From: Candidatus Multivorans sp.
GTDB taxonomy: Bacteria; Acidobacteriota; Thermoanaerobaculia; Multivoradales; Multivoraceae
Reading direction: 5' to 3'
Length of the DNA: 64,000 nt
Assembly: GCA_965247095.1 (NCBI GenBank)
Contig: OZ251997.1
Location: forward strand, 1,472,001 to 1,536,000
In this document: piece by piece, positions 1 through 10,053 of the stretch
Numbering within the stretch: the first letter of the stretch is position 1
How the letters are laid out: each line of letters begins with the position of its first letter
The notes under the pieces: generated by a model
Databases searched by the model: none
What the model was told of the DNA's origin: nothing
Seen by the model: only the letters and a program-made list of their open reading frames with translations
Translations under genes and position numbers: made by a program

Positions 1-513
1 TCCCTGGTCCAGCCGCTGGTGATCATGACCGCGGTGCCGTTCTCGCTGCTCGGCGTGCTCCTGACCCTCGCGGTCACCGGCACGACGCTGAACATGAACT
101 CCTTCCTCGGCCTGGTGGTCCTGGTCGGCATCGTGGTCAACAACGCGATCGTGCTGGTGGACAACGTGAACCGGATGCGCCGGGAAGTCGGCTGCACCCT
201 CCACGAGGCCCTGGTCCGCGGCGCCCGGCGCCGCCTGCGACCGATCCTGATGACGACGCTCACCACCGCGCTCGGCCTGTTGCCCTTGACCCTCGGAATC
301 GGCGAGGGCTCGGAACTGCAGGCGCCCCTGGCCCGCGTGGTCGTCGGCGGGCTCCTGGCCTCGACCCTGATCACGCTGATCTTCGTGCCCTCGCTCTACC
401 TGCTGGTCGAACGCGGCCGCGAACGCCGCCGGGCGATGCGTGGTCGCCGGAAAGCGGCGCGGAGCGCCGGCCTGAACATCCCGCATGGCGCTCCGGCGCT
501 GCGGGGTTCGTGA
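1..513 (+). CDS. RND efflux permease (AcrB/AcrD/AcrF family), C-terminal part, runs off window
   Basis: Motifs GIVVNNAIVLVD, RLRPILMTTLTT and GEGSELQAPLARVVVGGL; frame open from base 1. Confidence 0.93.
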   Translation, partial: SLVQPLVIMTAVPFSLLGVLLTLAVTGTTLNMNSFLGLVVLVGIVVNNAIVLVDNVNRMRREVGCTLHEALVRGARRRLRPILMTTLTTALGLLPLTLGIGEGSELQAPLARVVVGGLLASTLITLIFVPSLYLLVERGRERRRAMRGRRKAARSAGLNIPHGAPALRGS

Positions 514-549
514 TCGGGATCCAGTCAGAGCAGCTGCCGTCCGGCGAAC

Positions 550-927
550 CGGGACCACCTCAATGAGAACGGGCGCGACAAGAACGATCGCACACATCGG
601 CGCTACCGTGGTTTGGTGCGCATCCTGAAGGAGCTCCGCAGCGAACTGGACGACGCCGGCCATCCTGCCGCTCAGTCGATCCCAGGATACGTCCTCGAGT
701 GCTTGACCTGGAACGCTCCCGACACCTTTTTCGATCGCTACGGCTGGTATGCCCGGGTTGGAGCCGTGTTGGGGTATCTCGGGACCCAGATCGACAGCGG
801 ATCGAGTTGGCAGACGTGGCGTGAGGTCGACAAAGTTAAGCTCCTCTTTGCACAGTCTCAACCGTGGACACCGGTCCAGGCACGCGCCTTCATCAATGCC
901 GCGTGGGCCTACCTGGGAGCACGCTAG
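550..927 (+). pseudogene. CBASS CD-NTase (CdnE-like) C-terminal fragment; catalytic N-terminal half missing
   Basis: In-frame translation DHLNENGRDKNDRTHRRYRGLVRILK...IPGYVLECLTWNAP...WREVDKVKLLF...QPWT...FINAAWAYLG resembles the CdnE C-lobe; no GS/DxD motif before the in-frame TGA at 511-513. Confidence 0.8.
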
Positions 928-929
928 TC

Positions 930-1592
930 GTGAGGCTTGAGCGCCTCCACATCACCGTTTTTGTCGGAATCTCCGCGATCGTATGGTCCATCGTGTTGGT
1001 GGCTCGCGGCACCCCTGTTTCTTGGGATCACGCCGCGCCCTTCTCCAGCGTCGTGGGAGTTTTGGTCTCGCTTGGCTTTCTCTTCGAGCGCTACGCTTGG
1101 CGGCAGTCCTTTCTGAAAGGCTGGCTTGTCAACAGACCGGATCTACGAGGCACTTGGCGAGTCGAACTTCAGTCCAGCTACATTGATCCCGACACGGGCG
1201 AGACAATCCCAACGATCCTCTGCTACATGGGGGTGAAGCAGACGCTGTCGACTCTTCAGATGCACCTCATGACACCTGAGTCGGAGTCGTCCTTCATCGC
1301 CAGCCATGTGCAACCGTCACCCAACGGAGAGGGCTTCCAAGTGATCGGTGTCTACGCCAACGAGCCCAACATTCATCTGCGTAACGAGCGGATCAGCGAG
1401 ATGCATCATGGAGCCATCGTCGTCGGGACGCACGGGCCGCGGCTTCGACCAACCACTCTCACGGGGAAGTACTGGACGGACCGTAAGACGACGGGCACCA
1501 TGGACTTCACCCACCGTCTCGATGAGCTCCATACGCGCTTTGAGTCAGCCGACAAGGCGTTCTCGGCGGAGGAGCCGAGAATCGCAGCATAG
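930..1592 (+). CDS. CBASS Cap15-like effector (2TM + beta-barrel, S-2TM-beta)
   Basis: Two N-terminal TM helices, LFERYAWR, PDLRGTW, MHHGA and GKYWTDRKTTG; GTG 2 nt after the cyclase-fragment stop. Confidence 0.82.
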   Translation: MRLERLHITVFVGISAIVWSIVLVARGTPVSWDHAAPFSSVVGVLVSLGFLFERYAWRQSFLKGWLVNRPDLRGTWRVELQSSYIDPDTGETIPTILCYMGVKQTLSTLQMHLMTPESESSFIASHVQPSPNGEGFQVIGVYANEPNIHLRNERISEMHHGAIVVGTHGPRLRPTTLTGKYWTDRKTTGTMDFTHRLDELHTRFESADKAFSAEEPRIAA

Positions 1593-1689
1593 GGCCAAGC
1601 AGGATCCCAGCAGCTCTCCCGTCACGGACAGGCGAAGATGGAGGTGTAGTGGTTCAGCCATGGTCCTCGGGCCCGATAGGATCACCGCC

Positions 1690-2697
1690 ATGGCTGAGCC
1701 CGCGCACACGGCGACGCTGTCGCCGTCGGAGGAAGAGCGCGACCCGGAAGCGGCGCCGCTCGATCCGGCCGACTTCCCCGGTTGCCGGCCGGTTCACATT
1801 CCACTCGAAGACATCGAGGACTACGAGGGCCGCCTCGAGTACTGGGAGGCGCGCACCGAAACGGCGATGGTCGTCGGCGAACCGACCACGCGGTTCCACG
1901 AAGGCCCGTCACACCGGCTCGCCAAGCTGTCGGAACGACTGGCTGCGGAACGCGGATCGCCGATCGAGGCGTACGGGACGACAGACCTCGTACGGTTCGA
2001 TGCTGGCGGTAGACCTCATGTCCTGATGCAGGCCGACCAGATCCTCTACCTGCACCCACCGCCATCCGATGAACTGACCCCGAAGGTTGACGTGGACGGC
2101 GATGCTCTGCCGGACGTGATCCTGGAGGTCGACTACTCGACCGATGTCAGGGTACGCAAGCTGCCGCTGTACGAAGCGTGTGGCTTCCCCGAGGTCTGGG
2201 TCGACGTGCCCGACGCGCCGTCGCCGAGCCGGCCGAAGTCTCGTGTCTCGGGACTTATGATCCATGTTCTCGAAGGAGGCCGCTTCCGCACCGCGCGAAC
2301 CAGCCGCGCCTTCCCCAGTTGGACCGCGAAGGAGATCCACCGAGCGCTGAACGAGCACACGATGTCGGCCTCGACGGAGGCCGCACTGCATCGCGTCGGG
2401 AGAGCCCTTGGCGCCGCGGAAGGCACCGGTCCGGACGACGATCGATGGCTTCGCCGCCACCGCGACGAGGGCCGGGCCGAGATACGATCCGAGACAGGCT
2501 ACGAGACGGTGACGGCAGTCCTCAGGGAGCGCGGCATCCCGACCACGCCCGCCCTGAAGGTCCGGCTCCTGGAACTCGGGGAGGTACCCGTGGCCGAGTT
2601 GATTCGCGCCGCGCTCAGGTGCCGGAGCGAAGCGGAGTTCCTGGAACTCTGCGCCGCAAACGAACGCGGACCCCGGCCTGAAGGCGCCGACTTGTAG
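1690..2697 (+). CDS. Uma2 family (PD-(D/E)XK, DUF820-like) endonuclease
   Basis: QADQILY, LPDVILEVD, KLPLYEACGFPEVW. Confidence 0.8.
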   Translation: MAEPAHTATLSPSEEERDPEAAPLDPADFPGCRPVHIPLEDIEDYEGRLEYWEARTETAMVVGEPTTRFHEGPSHRLAKLSERLAAERGSPIEAYGTTDLVRFDAGGRPHVLMQADQILYLHPPPSDELTPKVDVDGDALPDVILEVDYSTDVRVRKLPLYEACGFPEVWVDVPDAPSPSRPKSRVSGLMIHVLEGGRFRTARTSRAFPSWTAKEIHRALNEHTMSASTEAALHRVGRALGAAEGTGPDDDRWLRRHRDEGRAEIRSETGYETVTAVLRERGIPTTPALKVRLLELGEVPVAELIRAALRCRSEAEFLELCAANERGPRPEGADL

Positions 2698-2714
2698 CAG
2701 CTAGCGCCCACCGA

Positions 2715-2757
2715 GCCAGCGCTTCACGCCGGATGCGGGCGAGACGCCCGCGTGCCA
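2715..2757 (-). repeat. REP-like palindromic repeat copy
   Basis: gccagcgcttcacgccggatgcgggcgagacgcccgcg matches the copies at 53143 and 56431. Confidence 0.8.
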
Positions 2758-2851
2758 TCCGTGCGCCCGATGACGGGCGGACGGAGTGGTTCGCGTGTGG
2801 CGCGGGTCGCGCCACACGGGTTCCCAGGGTCGGAGCGACAACCGCTGGTTG

Positions 2852-4886
2852 CTAGCCCCCGCCCCAGCGGTACTGCAACCGGGCGTAGTAGAAGCCGCCG
2901 TTGATGTCGAACGGGGCGCGCGTGCTGTAGAGGTTGCCGATCACGGTCGGGTTCGGATTGAGATCGGCCGCCCCGTCCAGCGCGTTGCGGCCTCCGATCA
3001 CGAGCCGGGTTGAGGCGTCGAGCCTGACCGCAGCCTCCAGGTCGAGAAGGTACGAGCCGCCGTAGGCCCAGGCGTCCCGGGGGTCCCACCAGCCGTCGAA
3101 GTAACCCAGGCGCCCGAGCAGTTCCACGCGGCCGATCTCGTGGTGAACGGCGGCGTTCCAGCGCAGGCCGGGAAGTGCGTCGCGCAGCTCGCGGATCCGC
3201 CGCGCGTCCAGAGTGAGCGGGTTGTATTCGGTGACTTCGGTGCGGGTCAGGTTGATCGCGAAGTCGATCGTCGTATGCCCGCCCCAAGCCTCCGGCTGCC
3301 ACGACGCGACCAGATCGACGCCCTCGGTGCGGGTCTCGAAGTCGTTGGCGAAGAAGCGGAAGTTCGCCAGGTTGGCGGCGCTGGCGATGCCCTCCGCCAG
3401 GAGCTGGTCCACTTCGTCCGGCGCCAGGGCGAAGAGCTGGGTCACGCCCAGGCGGTCGCGCAGATCGATCCGGAACACGTCCGCTGTGAGCAGGAGCGAT
3501 CCCCGCTCCAGAACCATTCCGGCCGCCAGGTTGAGCGACTTCTCGGCGTCGAGGGCCCTGCCGCCGCGCAGCGCCGCCACCCGCGAAGTGGACGGGATCG
3601 TGCCGTTGTTGACGAGCTCCAGCAGGTTGGGATCCCACTGCGTCGAGACGTTGAACGCGTTCTGCTGGCCGGGCGCACGCCGCCGACCAGGGAAGCGTCG
3701 GTGCGCTCGCCGCCGAACACCGGCTGGAAGCCGCCCGGGAACATCTCCTGGAAGCTGAAGCAGTTCGGATCGGCGAACACGCGGCCGAGCGCGTCCTGGT
3801 CGGGCAGGCCGTTCGTCACCGAAACGGTGGGACAGCCGGCCGACCCGTCGACGACCCCGTCGGCCGCGTCCAGGGCGTCGCCGATGAGCAGCGTGGCGCC
3901 GCCGTCGTTGCTGAACACGGCGTCCCGGGTGTTCGGGTTGCGGAAGAAGAAGTTCCGCGATCCCACCCGCCGGCTGGCGTAGTTGGCATGGCCGTAGAAC
4001 TGCGAACTGCCGCCGCCCAACGGCCGGCCGAAGTTCATCCACAGCTTGAGGTTGTCTTCGACCTCGGGCGCGCCGAAGAGTTGCGCCGGGTCGGCGACAT
4101 GGGTGTTGCCGGCGGCAACCAGCAGCGCGGCGTCGGCGCGCTGGATGTTCCGGTTCGTCGGCTCGGCGCCGCCGTACTCCAGGCTCAGGTTGAGAAAGCC
4201 GCTCTCTCCCCAGGGCAGGCCGATGTTGCCGGCGAAGGTCACGGACTCCCCGTCCCCCCGGCCATAGGCGCCGGTGAGCAGCTCGAACGACCCGCCGGAC
4301 CTCTTGTCCTTGAGCAGGAAGTTCATCACCCCGGCGATCGCGTCCGAACCGTACTGCGCCGAGGCGCCGTCACGCAGCACCTCGACCTGGCGCAGCGCGA
4401 TGGCGGGAATCGGCGACAGGTCCGGGCCCTGGGCGCCGTGGGAGACGCCGATCCGGGACCACAGGATGACCGCGCCGCGATGGCGCCGCCGGCCGTTGAC
4501 GAGCACCAGGGTGTGGTCGGGCGCCAGACCGCGCAGGTTGGTCGGCCGCACGACGACCGCGGCGTCGCCGGAGGTGGCGCTGATGTTCAGCGACGGAACC
4601 ACGTTGCGCAGCAGCATGTCGAGTTCGTCTCGCCCTGATGCGCGACGTGCTCGCTGGAGATCACGTCGATCGGCGCCATCGACTCGGTGATCGACCGCTG
4701 CCGCGCGCGGGTGCCGGTGACCACGATCTCATCGTGAACGTGCGCCGCCGGATCGTCGGACTCGGCTTCGTCGTGTGCGGCCTCCGCACCTTCGGTCTCG
4801 CCGTCCAGCTGGCCAGACAACGGACCAGCCAGGAACAAGGCAAGCAACAGCGCGCGCGCCGCAAGACGCCAGCAAGGAACTCCCAT
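2852..4886 (-). pseudogene. TonB-dependent receptor, frameshifted and internally deleted
   Basis: Signal peptide and EIVVTGTR/APIDVI in one frame; plug (NLRGLAPDHTLVLVNGRR, VEVLRDGASAQYGSDAIAGVMNF) in a second frame after ~4625; barrel end (PGQQNAF...NGGFYYARLQYRW) in a third frame after ~3675. Confidence 0.88.
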
Positions 4887-4927
4887 CTCCGAAACCTCCG
4901 CCCGGTTCGCGCCGACCAACTCGGACC

Positions 4928-6565
4928 CTACTCCCCAGCCAGGCCGAACACAAAGACGACGTTCCCCATCGCGACGACGACCCGTTGCTCGCCAGAGGCG
5001 GCGTAGGTCATCGGCGAGGCGTGCGGCGCGGCGCCGAGCGAGATCCGCCACAGCGGCTCCCCGGTCTCCTCGTCCAGGGCGAAGAAGTAGCCGTCGACGC
5101 TGGCGCTCCAGACCAGGCCGCCGGCCGTGGCCAGGACGCCGCTGCGGGTTCTCGGCGTGATCGGGAACTCCCAGCGCACCTCGCCGGTCACAGCCTCGAC
5201 CGCCCGGATGGCGCTCTGGTAGTGCTCGGTCGGTTTTGCCATTCGCATGCCGCCGCCGAGGAAGTTGCTGCCCTCCACGTACTCGTCGTCACGCTGGTAG
5301 TAGATGGCCTCGCCGTCGAAGGCGTTCACGTAGAGCAGCCCCGTTTGCGGACTGTAGGCCGGCGACCACCAGTTCGTGGCGCCGCCGGCCATCGGCGCGA
5401 TGAGGGTGCCCTCCTCGGTCGGAAACACGTTCTCGCGCAGCAGCGGCCGCCCTTCCTCGTCGAGTCCGTCGGCCCAGTTCTGCATGGCGAACGCCTCCCC
5501 GAGCACGAACTTGCCGTTCTGCCGGTTCAGCAGGTAGTAGAAGGCGTTCCGGTTGGCCCACAGCATCGCCTTCATCGGCTCGCCGGAGACTTCAACCTCA
5601 GCCAGCACCGGCACCTGGATCGCGTCCCAGTCCCAGACGTCGTGGGGCGTGAACTGAAAGTGCCAGACGATCTTCCCGGTCTTCCCGTCGAGCGCCAGCA
5701 CCGACGACGAGTACAGATTGTCGCCGAGCCGCAGGTCGCCGTTCCAGTCCGGCGCCGGGTTGCCTGTGCCCCAGTAGATGAGGTCGAGATCCGGGTCGTA
5801 GACGCCGGTGAGCCAAGTCGGCGCGCCGCCCGTACGCCAGGAGTCACCCGCCCAGGTGTCGTTGTGCGGCTCGCCAGGGCCCGGGACCGTGTAGGTACGC
5901 CACCTGCGTTCGCCGGTCGCGGCGTCGTAGCCGTCGATGAAGCCGCGGATGCCGTACTCGCCACCGGCGATGCCGGTAACGACCGTGTCGCCGACGACGA
6001 GCGGCGCCGAGGTTTTGCTGTAGCCCTTCGTGTGCTCTTCGACCTCCGTTTCCCACAGCAGGGAGCCGGAGCGCGCGTCGATCGCCACCAGGTGGGCGTC
6101 GTTCGTGCTCATGTAGAGCGTCTCGCCCAGGATCGCGACACCCCGGTTGTTGCGACCGCAGCAGACCCGGATGTCATCCGGCACCGGGTGTTCGTAGCGC
6201 CAGTAGGGGCGCCCCGTCGCCGCATCGACGGCGGTCACGTTGCTGGGCGACTCGGTGATGAACATCAGGCCGTCGACCACCAGGGGCGTCGTCTCGTTCC
6301 GGTCGAGCTGCCGGATCTGGTGGGCCCACTTCAGTTCGAGCCGACCGACGTTCTCGCGGTCGATCTGGTCGAGGCGGCTGAAACGCTGCCCATGCAAGGC
6401 GCCGTGGTACATCAGCCAGTTGTGCGGCTCGTCGTCCGAGTTCAACAGCCGATCCCAGGTCACCGGCGACAGCACCGGTGCTCCCTCACCGACCCCTTCC
6501 TGGGCCAGGAGGACCGGCGCGGAGGCCAGCAGCAGGATGGCCGGCGCCGCGATGAGCCACCTCAC
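4928..6565 (-). CDS. PQQ-dependent dehydrogenase (methanol/ethanol family)
   Basis: Signal peptide, vicinal CC (VCCGRNNRG), GGEYGIRG, GTGNPAP, HDVWDWD. Confidence 0.92.
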   Translation of the reverse strand: MRWLIAAPAILLLASAPVLLAQEGVGEGAPVLSPVTWDRLLNSDDEPHNWLMYHGALHGQRFSRLDQIDRENVGRLELKWAHQIRQLDRNETTPLVVDGLMFITESPSNVTAVDAATGRPYWRYEHPVPDDIRVCCGRNNRGVAILGETLYMSTNDAHLVAIDARSGSLLWETEVEEHTKGYSKTSAPLVVGDTVVTGIAGGEYGIRGFIDGYDAATGERRWRTYTVPGPGEPHNDTWAGDSWRTGGAPTWLTGVYDPDLDLIYWGTGNPAPDWNGDLRLGDNLYSSSVLALDGKTGKIVWHFQFTPHDVWDWDAIQVPVLAEVEVSGEPMKAMLWANRNAFYYLLNRQNGKFVLGEAFAMQNWADGLDEEGRPLLRENVFPTEEGTLIAPMAGGATNWWSPAYSPQTGLLYVNAFDGEAIYYQRDDEYVEGSNFLGGGMRMAKPTEHYQSAIRAVEAVTGEVRWEFPITPRTRSGVLATAGGLVWSASVDGYFFALDEETGEPLWRISLGAAPHASPMTYAASGEQRVVVAMGNVVFVFGLAGE

Positions 6566-7365
6566 GATTCGCTCCTCCGAAGCGAGGACAGATAGGCGAC
6601 CAGGTCGTCGCGCTCTTCGTCCGAAAGCGGCTCCACCGGCATCGACGATTCCTCTATCCGCTCGACCTTGCCAACCGCCGCCTTCGAGAAGGATCGGAGC
6701 TCGTCGTCACCGTCCATCATCCGCAGGTTGAACGTGTCCTCGCCCATCCTCAGGCCCTCGATCACGGCGCCGTCGGCGCGCGTGACCCGCAGCGTCCACC
6801 AGCGCGGCGCGACCTCGGCATTCGGTTCCGTCAGGTCCTCAACCAACTCTGTGGGGTTGCGCCGCTCGCCGACCCTCGACAGATCGGGACCGAGACGGCC
6901 GCCGCGGCCGTGAACCATGTGGCAGCGGCCGCAGTCGAAACGCTCGAACGCTTCCCTGCCGGCCTCCACCGACCCGGGAAGGGAGGCAAGATCGACGGCA
7001 TCCGAGAGCGAACCAAGGTAGGTGACCAACTGCCAGATCACCTGGTCCTTGGCGCGCCGCAAGCCCCGCATCGAGGTGCCCTCGACGCCATTCCGGATGA
7101 CCCGGTAGAGCCCGGCGTCCGTCGTCGCGTGCCGGAATCGCCCGGTCGTGAGGTCCGGGCCGTCGCCCTCCTCTCCCCCGGTGCCGAGCAGCCCGTGGCA
7201 ACTGACGCATCTCAACCCGTACTGCCGTGCTCCCATCCGGGCGTCGACGCTGCTGGTGTACGGGTTCTCCGGTCCCTCCGCGGTTTGCCCGATGGCTACG
7301 ACCGGCAGGAAAAGCAACAGCGCGACCGCTACGCCAGCAAAGCGGGCTTGGCTGCGGCCAGCCAC
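6562..7365 (-). CDS. Di-heme c-type cytochrome with C-terminal putative heme-binding domain
   Basis: CVSCH and CGRCH, GPDL motifs, signal peptide; stop overlaps the PQQ gene start; GTG start inferred. Confidence 0.85.
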   Translation of the reverse strand: MAGRSQARFAGVAVALLLFLPVVAIGQTAEGPENPYTSSVDARMGARQYGLRCVSCHGLLGTGGEEGDGPDLTTGRFRHATTDAGLYRVIRNGVEGTSMRGLRRAKDQVIWQLVTYLGSLSDAVDLASLPGSVEAGREAFERFDCGRCHMVHGRGGRLGPDLSRVGERRNPTELVEDLTEPNAEVAPRWWTLRVTRADGAVIEGLRMGEDTFNLRMMDGDDELRSFSKAAVGKVERIEESSMPVEPLSDEERDDLVAYLSSLRRSES

Positions 7366-7367
7366 TG

Positions 7368-8447
7368 CTACTCCCCACCGCCCTCCGTCTCCGGCCGCCG
7401 CTTCGGTTCCACCTTCGCCACCGCGAGCAGCGACTCCACGCAGTCGCGCAGCGACTCGTCGAAGGGCCGGAACTCGATACCCGTGGCCGCCCGCATCCGG
7501 TCGTTGCGCAGTTCGCAGCCGGCCCAGATCCCGCGCAGTTCCTCCTCCCGTTTCTGCACGTGCTCGGGATGGGGATCCACCACCTCCGGCGTGGCGTGGC
7601 GGATCTCCGGCAGCAGGCGATCGATGCCGGCGTTGATCTCCTCCACCGGCACGGCGTCCGTCGACCAGGCGATGAAGCGTTCGCCGTTGTGCACGTCGAC
7701 ACTCTCGAGCAGCCGGATGTGGCACTCCGCGTCGTCGCGGACATCGACCGTCATCCAGGGCCGGTAGGCCTGGGTCTGCGTGCACGAGCCGCTCAGCATC
7801 AACTCGATGTTGTGCTGCCAGGGCCCCTTGTCCTTCTGGTGCGCCGACAGGATAGGGCCGACGTTGTCGCCTGGGCAGCAGGTGATCGCGTCCCAGCGGC
7901 CGCTCTTCTCCGCCGCGTCGGTGAAGGCCCGCTGAGCGTAGACCTTGCTCATCGAGTATCCGTGGCCGCGCTCCGGCGTGCGCTTCGGGTTCGCTTCGTC
8001 CGGATAGCGGTCCTCGTACAGGACGGGCCGCCGGACGAACTCGTAGATGTCGGCCTCCATGATGATTGCGGCGATGCTCGAGGTGACGACAACGCGCGTC
8101 ACCGACCCCGACTTCTCGATACTCGCGACAATGTGGACGCAAACCTTCTTGACGTAGTCGAAGTCGTCGTAGTCGCTGACGTGCGCGATGTGTGCGACGC
8201 CGTGGCAACCGGCGAAGATGTCGTCGAAGCAGCCCGCCTCGTCCAGGTTCGCGGAGTGGATGGTCAGCCGGCCCGAGGCGTACCCCGGCATCTCGCGCAG
8301 AAAGGTCGTCTTCTCCGGGTCGTTCGCGTCCCGCACACAGGCGCGCACCCGGTAGCCCTTGTCCAGTAGCAGGCGGACCGCCCAGCCGCCGACGAAACCG
8401 GCGCTGCCCGTGACCGCGACCGTGCCGCCCTTCGGTATCGGAGCCAT
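7368..8447 (-). CDS. NAD-dependent epimerase/dehydratase (dihydroflavonol reductase-like extended SDR)
   Basis: VAVTGSAGFVG, TSS, YSMSK. Confidence 0.88.
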   Translation of the reverse strand: MAPIPKGGTVAVTGSAGFVGGWAVRLLLDKGYRVRACVRDANDPEKTTFLREMPGYASGRLTIHSANLDEAGCFDDIFAGCHGVAHIAHVSDYDDFDYVKKVCVHIVASIEKSGSVTRVVVTSSIAAIIMEADIYEFVRRPVLYEDRYPDEANPKRTPERGHGYSMSKVYAQRAFTDAAEKSGRWDAITCCPGDNVGPILSAHQKDKGPWQHNIELMLSGSCTQTQAYRPWMTVDVRDDAECHIRLLESVDVHNGERFIAWSTDAVPVEEINAGIDRLLPEIRHATPEVVDPHPEHVQKREEELRGIWAGCELRNDRMRAATGIEFRPFDESLRDCVESLLAVAKVEPKRRPETEGGGE

Positions 8448-8605
8448 CTCGCTTTCTCCTTCGGTTGGTTCGCGCGACGATACCCGACCGGGATGCGGAA
8501 TCGCGCGTGTGTGTAGTGCGAACCGGCGCATGGTGCTAGCGTTGCCTGGTTGGCCCACTGGGCGCCTCTTCGAAAGGCCCTGCCGTCAACGCGTTCGCTT
8601 CGCGC

Positions 8606-9247
8606 ATGTCCGACCTCCGCAGTGCCCTGACTGCCTCTGTCCTGCTGCCGGGAACCGATCCCGGCGCCGACTGCTCGACTCGGCGCAGCGAGAACAACGA
8701 CGCCGGCGAGCGGGTCCAATGCGGCGACCACGTCTACGAGTTGCGCCGCCTGCGGCCCGAAAACCGCGACGACATCGTGAGCCTCGCCCGCGCCCTGCCC
8801 GAGATCGACCTGCAGTTCCTGCGCTCCGACCTCACCGATCCGGACGTGGTCGAGGGCTGGATCCGCGACGCCAGTTCCGGCAGCCGTTTCACGACCCTGG
8901 CCTACTACGAGGACGAGCTGGTGGGCTATGGAAGCCTGAATCTGCGGGACCTGCAGTGGATGAGCCACCTGGGCGAGATCCGCGTGATCATCGCGGAAGG
9001 CCACCGACGTTCCGGTCTAGGCCGCGTCCTGACCCAGCGCGTGTTCGACACGGCGCGCGACCTGGGCCTGCTCAAGCTCGTGGCGCAGATGACGCGCGAG
9101 CAGATCGGCGCCCGCCGGCTCTTCGAACGGCTCGGCTTCTCGCCCGAGGCCCTGCTCACGGACTGGGTGATCGACCGCTCCGGGCGTACCCGCGACATGA
9201 TGATCATGTCGTTCGACGTGGACGCGGAGAACCGGAGCGGCACCTGA
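8606..9247 (+). CDS. GNAT family N-acetyltransferase
   Basis: HRRSGLGRVL acetyl-CoA loop, ARRLFERLGF. Confidence 0.85.
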   Translation: MSDLRSALTASVLLPGTDPGADCSTRRSENNDAGERVQCGDHVYELRRLRPENRDDIVSLARALPEIDLQFLRSDLTDPDVVEGWIRDASSGSRFTTLAYYEDELVGYGSLNLRDLQWMSHLGEIRVIIAEGHRRSGLGRVLTQRVFDTARDLGLLKLVAQMTREQIGARRLFERLGFSPEALLTDWVIDRSGRTRDMMIMSFDVDAENRSGT

Positions 9248-10053
9248 GTCAGCGAAAGCGGCGCCGCATCCGCGTCGTCTCCTGGAACGTGAACGGCCTG
9301 CGCGCCTGCGCGCGCAAGGGCTTCCTCGACTGGCTCGGGACCAGCCGGGCGCAGATCGTCGGCCTGCAGGAGACCAAGGCCCGCGCCGAACAGTTGCTGC
9401 CGGAGCTGCGGAAGCCGAGCCGCTGGCACACGGCCTTCTCCAGCGCTGAGCGCCCCGGCTACTCGGGCGTCGGCCTCTATTCACGCCTGGAACCCGCTTG
9501 GGTCCAAACCTCGCTGGGCGAGCACCGCTTCGACGCGGAGGGCAGACTGCAACTGGCCCTGTTCGGCAAGCTGCTGGTGGCCAACGTCTACTTCCCCAAG
9601 GGCAGCGGCAGCAAGCGCGACAACAGCCGGGTGCCGTACAAGCTGGACTTCTACCGGGCGCTGTTCGACCAGCTCGACCAGGCCCGTGAAGCCGGCTATC
9701 GCGTCCTGGTGATGGGCGACTTCAACACCGCGCCGCAGCCGATCGACCTGGCGCGGCCGAAGCAGAACGTCCGCAACTCGGGCTTCCTGCCGGAAGAACG
9801 CGAGGAACTCCAGCGGTGGCTCGACGCCGGCTGGATCGACACTTTCCGCAGCCTGCACCCGGACACGGTCCGCTATAGCTGGTGGCGACAGGCCTTCAAT
9901 GCTCGCGAGCGGAACGTCGGCTGGCGGATCGACCTGGTGCTGGCCTCGGAAGCCGCGATGCGCTTCGTCGATCGTGCCTTCATCGCCACGGAGATCGCCG
10001 GGGCCGACCACTGCCCGGTGGGTGTCGATCTCAACGCTGAGGTGCTGGCGTGA
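9244..10053 (+). CDS. xth: Exodeoxyribonuclease III / AP endonuclease
   Basis: SWNVNGLRA, LQETK, GYSGV, GDFN, GWRIDL, DHCP; start uncertain (CTG overlapping the upstream TGA). Confidence 0.92.
   Translation: MSQRKRRRIRVVSWNVNGLRACARKGFLDWLGTSRAQIVGLQETKARAEQLLPELRKPSRWHTAFSSAERPGYSGVGLYSRLEPAWVQTSLGEHRFDAEGRLQLALFGKLLVANVYFPKGSGSKRDNSRVPYKLDFYRALFDQLDQAREAGYRVLVMGDFNTAPQPIDLARPKQNVRNSGFLPEEREELQRWLDAGWIDTFRSLHPDTVRYSWWRQAFNARERNVGWRIDLVLASEAAMRFVDRAFIATEIAGADHCPVGVDLNAEVLA

Noticed and set aside
1-927. RND gene and cyclase fragment share a frame across one TGA (read-through or selenocysteine fusion)
   Set aside because: One-in-three chance; linker is low-complexity; no SECIS-like evidence or functional rationale
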